A stretch of DNA of 37,169 bases, taken from positions 1 through 37,169 of the IMG/VR virus record IMGVR_UViG_3300037408_000121. One strand, written 5' to 3'. Below are positions 34,520 to 37,169 of this stretch, piece after piece. A model generated the notes under the pieces. That model was not told the DNA's origin and searched no databases. It was given only the letters and a program-made list of their open reading frames with translations. Every line of letters begins with the position of its first letter. Position 1 is the stretch's first letter. A program made the translations under genes and the position numbers. This DNA comes from a virus (lineage: Duplodnaviria; Caudoviricetes).

Positions 34520-34833
34520 TGCACCCGCGAACGACCTACTGCCGCGCCTGCGACCGCTTCTACACCTCCGAGGTGTTCTGCGCCGTGAAGCACGGGCCGG
34601 ACGAACCGGCCTGCGCCTCGGAGCCTTGCTTCTTCCACGCGGCAGAGGAGGAGGACGGGCACCCGATGGCGCAGCAGGACGACCTCGACCCGGAGAGCGG
34701 GCCAGAGCGCCAGCCGCACAGCCATGCCCCACAAGTTCGACTCGCGCCGGAAGTGGTGGCGGCGCGAGCGCAAGCGCCGCTGCCGTCGCCGCCACGGACG
34801 CGCCATCTGACAAGGAAGGGAGACCGAAGATGA
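34519..34833 (+). CDS. Cys-containing hypothetical protein (MHPRTTYCRAC...)
   Basis: TGATG overlap; GGAGG RBS; the C-terminal third is less convincing. Confidence 0.5.
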   Translation: MHPRTTYCRACDRFYTSEVFCAVKHGPDEPACASEPCFFHAAEEEDGHPMAQQDDLDPESGPERQPHSHAPQVRLAPEVVAARAQAPLPSPPRTRHLTRKGDRR

Positions 34834-35093
34834 AGAACCTGAACCACGAGGCCGCCGTCGCCCGCGCGAAGCGCGCGGCGCAGCAGTTCCACAACCAGCC
34901 GTTCGCGTCCTTCTTCACGCACCACTTCGAGGAGAAGTACGAGACCGAGGCCCGCCGCGCCGCGTGGCGCGAGAGCAAGCGCCGCAGCCGCGCCCGCCAG
35001 CGCAAGGCGGCGGCCTTCGAGCGGGCGTGCGAGGAGCAGGCCGGGCACCTGCTCGACGGGCGCGTCATCAAGCCGATCCCGGCGAGGGGGTAG
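34830..35093 (+). CDS. Basic helical hypothetical protein (MKNLNHEAAV...)
   Basis: GAAGGGAG RBS; codon usage typical of the window. Confidence 0.7.
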   Translation: MKNLNHEAAVARAKRAAQQFHNQPFASFFTHHFEEKYETEARRAAWRESKRRSRARQRKAAAFERACEEQAGHLLDGRVIKPIPARG

Positions 35094-35095
35094 CC

Positions 35096-35371
35096 ATGGC
35101 GACGGTTCGGTTCGGCGCACGCTGCGACGGCGAGTTGGACCGCGACGACGCGGACGGGGTGGCGGTTCTGGAGCGGCGACGCTACTGCCCGGAGCAGGCG
35201 TGCGACATCTGCAACGGCTCGGCGCAGCACGCGGAGTGGTGCCCGGAGGCGCAGGCTGAGGCCGAGGGCGACAAGGTGGACGCGGCCTACGAGCGGCTGC
35301 GCGACACCCTGGACGATGGCGAGTTCGCCCCTGACGGGGCGCAGCGCGACGTGCGGCGCGAGGAGGAGTGA
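35096..35371 (+). CDS. Acidic hypothetical protein with CxxC..H..C motif
   Basis: ATG 35096 after GAGGGG; CDIC...HAEWC. Confidence 0.65.
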   Translation: MATVRFGARCDGELDRDDADGVAVLERRRYCPEQACDICNGSAQHAEWCPEAQAEAEGDKVDAAYERLRDTLDDGEFAPDGAQRDVRREEE

Positions 35372-35556
35372 TGCACGACACGATGGCGCGGAACAAGCTG
35401 CTGAGGGCCGTGCAGGACATCCGCCCGCTGCTCGGCGAGATCGTCGAGGCGCTGGAGCAGCCGACGGTCGACCACCGCGAGGTGAAGGAGAAGCTGGACG
35501 GGATCGAGACCGAGGTGGCAATCGCCAAGGACGCTGCCGCGTGGTTGGGTCTCTAG
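35371..35556 (+). CDS. Small coiled-coil hypothetical protein
   Basis: GAGGAG RBS; TGATG overlap. Confidence 0.65.
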   Translation: MHDTMARNKLLRAVQDIRPLLGEIVEALEQPTVDHREVKEKLDGIETEVAIAKDAAAWLGL

Positions 35557-35565
35557 GAGGGAGCC

Positions 35566-35796
35566 ATGTACGCTGCCAAGGGCTGCGAGAAGTACGCCGA
35601 GCTGTTCACCTGCCTTGAAGGAGCCACGGTCGAGAGCATCATCGCCGTCCCCGACGGCTTCGGCGGCGGGCCGATCTTGGGCCTGACGTTCCGCCTCAAG
35701 GATGGTACGCCGATGGCCGGATGGGTCCAGAGCGACGCCGAGGGCAACGGCCCCGGCTTCCTGTCGCTGACGACCGAGGGGCTGGAGGGCAAGTGA
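35566..35796 (+). CDS. Hypothetical protein (ends D.EGNGPGFL)
   Basis: AGGAGG RBS; I recall the DxEGNGPG motif from other small phage proteins. Confidence 0.7.
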   Translation: MYAAKGCEKYAELFTCLEGATVESIIAVPDGFGGGPILGLTFRLKDGTPMAGWVQSDAEGNGPGFLSLTTEGLEGK

Positions 35797-36116
35797 TGGG
35801 TGCCTGCAACTTCAGTCAGTACGAGGCCGTGCGAAAGGGAGAGCACGGACCTGACGCGAAGACCTGCTTTCGCCGCGCCGTCGAATCCGCTCAGTGGGAG
35901 CATGGGCACGGAGGCTACACGGGGACGCTCGCCGAGAAGCATGGCTTCGTGATGATCGAGCCTCCGGTCAGGAACCTGAAGGCGGCCTACAAGCGAGCGC
36001 ACGAGCTTGTGATGGACGACCGCGTCAGCGACAAGTGGGGACCGGCTGGCTGCATCCGCGTCGGCGCGGGGAAGCGCCCGCACGGGTTCCTGTTCTTCGG
36101 ATGGGCCTCCTCGTGA
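35796..36116 (+). CDS. Conserved-looking phage hypothetical protein (EHGHGGYTGT.AEK...DKWGPAGC...FFGWASS)
   Basis: TGATG overlap; GGAGG RBS; motif-rich sequence. Confidence 0.75.
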   Translation: MGACNFSQYEAVRKGEHGPDAKTCFRRAVESAQWEHGHGGYTGTLAEKHGFVMIEPPVRNLKAAYKRAHELVMDDRVSDKWGPAGCIRVGAGKRPHGFLFFGWASS

Positions 36117-36358
36117 GCGGTAGCGGCTGGATCGGCATGGCGAATCAGGTCGAGCACTTCCTTGCGGTCGTCGGTGCGGATCGGGACGAGGAGGGGCGCT
36201 TCCTGATCGGCGGGCCGAGCGCGGTCGTCTCGTTCATGGGTGCAGGCGAGGAAGTGGTGGTGCCAGCCGATGCCGTCTACTTCGTCGGCGGCAAGCCGTG
36301 CCCGCTCGTTGCCGGTCTGCGGACGACGAGCTACGGCATGGGGGTGGTGGTGATATGA
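36113..36358 (+). CDS. Hypothetical protein (start GTG 36113 or ATG 36137)
   Basis: Fills the gap between overlapping neighbours. Confidence 0.5.
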   Translation: MSGSGWIGMANQVEHFLAVVGADRDEEGRFLIGGPSAVVSFMGAGEEVVVPADAVYFVGGKPCPLVAGLRTTSYGMGVVVI

Positions 36359-36711
36359 GCGGCATCGACTGGACGGGCTTCGTCGACATAGCCGAGGAGA
36401 AGGCGCGGTTCGTAGCCGAGACCGAGCAGCGGCTCAAGCAGGCGCTGGCGGCGCTCCCGCCGCGCCCGCTGGTCCGCATCGTCTACAAGGACCGCCATCG
36501 CCTGAACGAGGGCGACCGCTTTCGCTTCATCGGCGGCGACGGCACCATTTTCGAGGTGACGCGCGTCTCGCCCTGCGCCGCCTACTACCGCCGTGAGGCC
36601 GAGCACCGCGTCATCCGCAGCAAGCGAACCGGCCAGGTGCTTGCCGAGTTCGAGGCGCCCGGAGAGGCCAGAGCCATCGCACCGACGGCCTTTGTGGAGG
36701 TACTCAAGTGA
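36355..36711 (+). CDS. Hypothetical protein (118 aa, MSGIDWTGF...)
   Basis: ATGA overlap; GGTGGTG upstream. Confidence 0.65.
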   Translation: MSGIDWTGFVDIAEEKARFVAETEQRLKQALAALPPRPLVRIVYKDRHRLNEGDRFRFIGGDGTIFEVTRVSPCAAYYRREAEHRVIRSKRTGQVLAEFEAPGEARAIAPTAFVEVLK

Positions 36712-36806
36712 GGTGCCCGGCCTGCGGCGACCGGCTGCGCTGGAGCGACCTCTTTGCGAGGTGGGAGTGCTTCCTGCTCCTCTTTTTTGGTCTGCCCAAG
36801 GAGTAA
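36708..36806 (+). CDS. Possible 32-aa peptide MRCPACGDRLRWSDLFARWECFLLLFFGLPKE
   Basis: GTGA overlap and GGAGG RBS; too short for the ORF track; translated by hand. Confidence 0.4.
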   Translation: MRCPACGDRLRWSDLFARWECFLLLFFGLPKE

Positions 36807-36811
36807 CCCTG

Positions 36812-37169
36812 ATGGCGACGAGGTGCATCACGGAGTTCCGCGACGGCGACCATCTGGTCGCTCTGCTGTACCGCTCGATGGATGGCTGGCCCTATCACCA
36901 CGGCGTCGACCTCGTCCGGCTTCTTCGAGGCCGCAAGGTGGTCGGTAGCGCGTGGGGCCGCACTTGTGACTTCGAGTCGTTCGGCGACCTCACCATCCGC
37001 GTCATCGCCGGATTGAAGCAGTTGACGGGCGAGCGACTGGCAAAGTGGTGGACAGACCCGGTGTGGGAGCAAGGCCGTTCGGCCTGGGATTACGCTGGCC
37101 TGCTAGGGTTGCTGCCTCTGGCGGAGAAGGACCGCTCGGTCGACTTCTTCTACCGAGTCTGGAGCACCA
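36812..37169 (+). CDS. Hypothetical protein, 3'-truncated (MATRCITEF..LYRSMDGWPYHHG)
   Basis: AAGGAG RBS; frame open to the window end; resembles the M(S/A)TR...Y.H.DGYP..G pattern of phage early proteins. Confidence 0.7.
   Translation, partial: MATRCITEFRDGDHLVALLYRSMDGWPYHHGVDLVRLLRGRKVVGSAWGRTCDFESFGDLTIRVIAGLKQLTGERLAKWWTDPVWEQGRSAWDYAGLLGLLPLAEKDRSVDFFYRVWST

Larger units (their letters stand above)
1..37169 (+). mobile_element. Tailed bacteriophage (siphovirus-like Caudoviricetes) genome segment: head, tail and early-gene modules
   Basis: Canonical order protease-capsid-connector-closure-gp10-terminator-tail tube-chaperone-tape measure-tail tip; tightly packed co-oriented genes; no bacterial housekeeping genes. 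Prophage versus free phage cannot be decided from this window. Confidence 0.95.

Noticed and set aside
1-37169. Genome-wide amber (TAG) recoding
   Set aside because: Capsid, tail tube and tape measure genes end at TAG at the expected lengths, followed by properly placed starts; no genes appear fragmented.

Overview
The whole window is one segment of a high-GC tailed dsDNA phage (HK97-fold capsid, long non-contractile tail), with almost all genes on the + strand. Order: small accessory genes (1-1.9 kb); a block of multi-domain enzyme/toxin-like polyproteins (1.9-9.5 kb); HK97-type prohead protease, a further cargo-like gene and the major capsid protein (9.6-14.2 kb); head-tail joining, two paralogous tail-tube genes, chaperones, tape measure and tail-tip genes (14.3-31.7 kb); two leftward genes; a ~1.1 kb non-coding region with a strong promoter; and small early-type genes. 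I recognise no terminase, portal, integrase or lysis genes in the window. Three things stand out. (1) A short peptide tag, NPYHDxxGRF followed by Gly, occurs 10 times in six head-region ORFs. It heads unrelated domains (zincin, ADP-ribosyltransferase, Cys-protease-like, zeta-like kinase and others) and is preceded by an E-x-[H/L/F]-[A/M/F]-type motif that matches the probable capsid maturation site. This suggests a protease-processed, tagged virion-cargo system. (2) A 42-cysteine repeat domain is fused to the C-terminus of the big tail-tip protein, and its stop codon overlaps the start of a radical SAM/SPASM gene, suggesting RiPP-like modification of a virion protein. (3) A ~870-nt hairpin-rich, apparently non-coding transcript with a boxA-like site lies between the promoter and the first early gene. 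All functional calls come from motif recognition by eye; no database searches were run.
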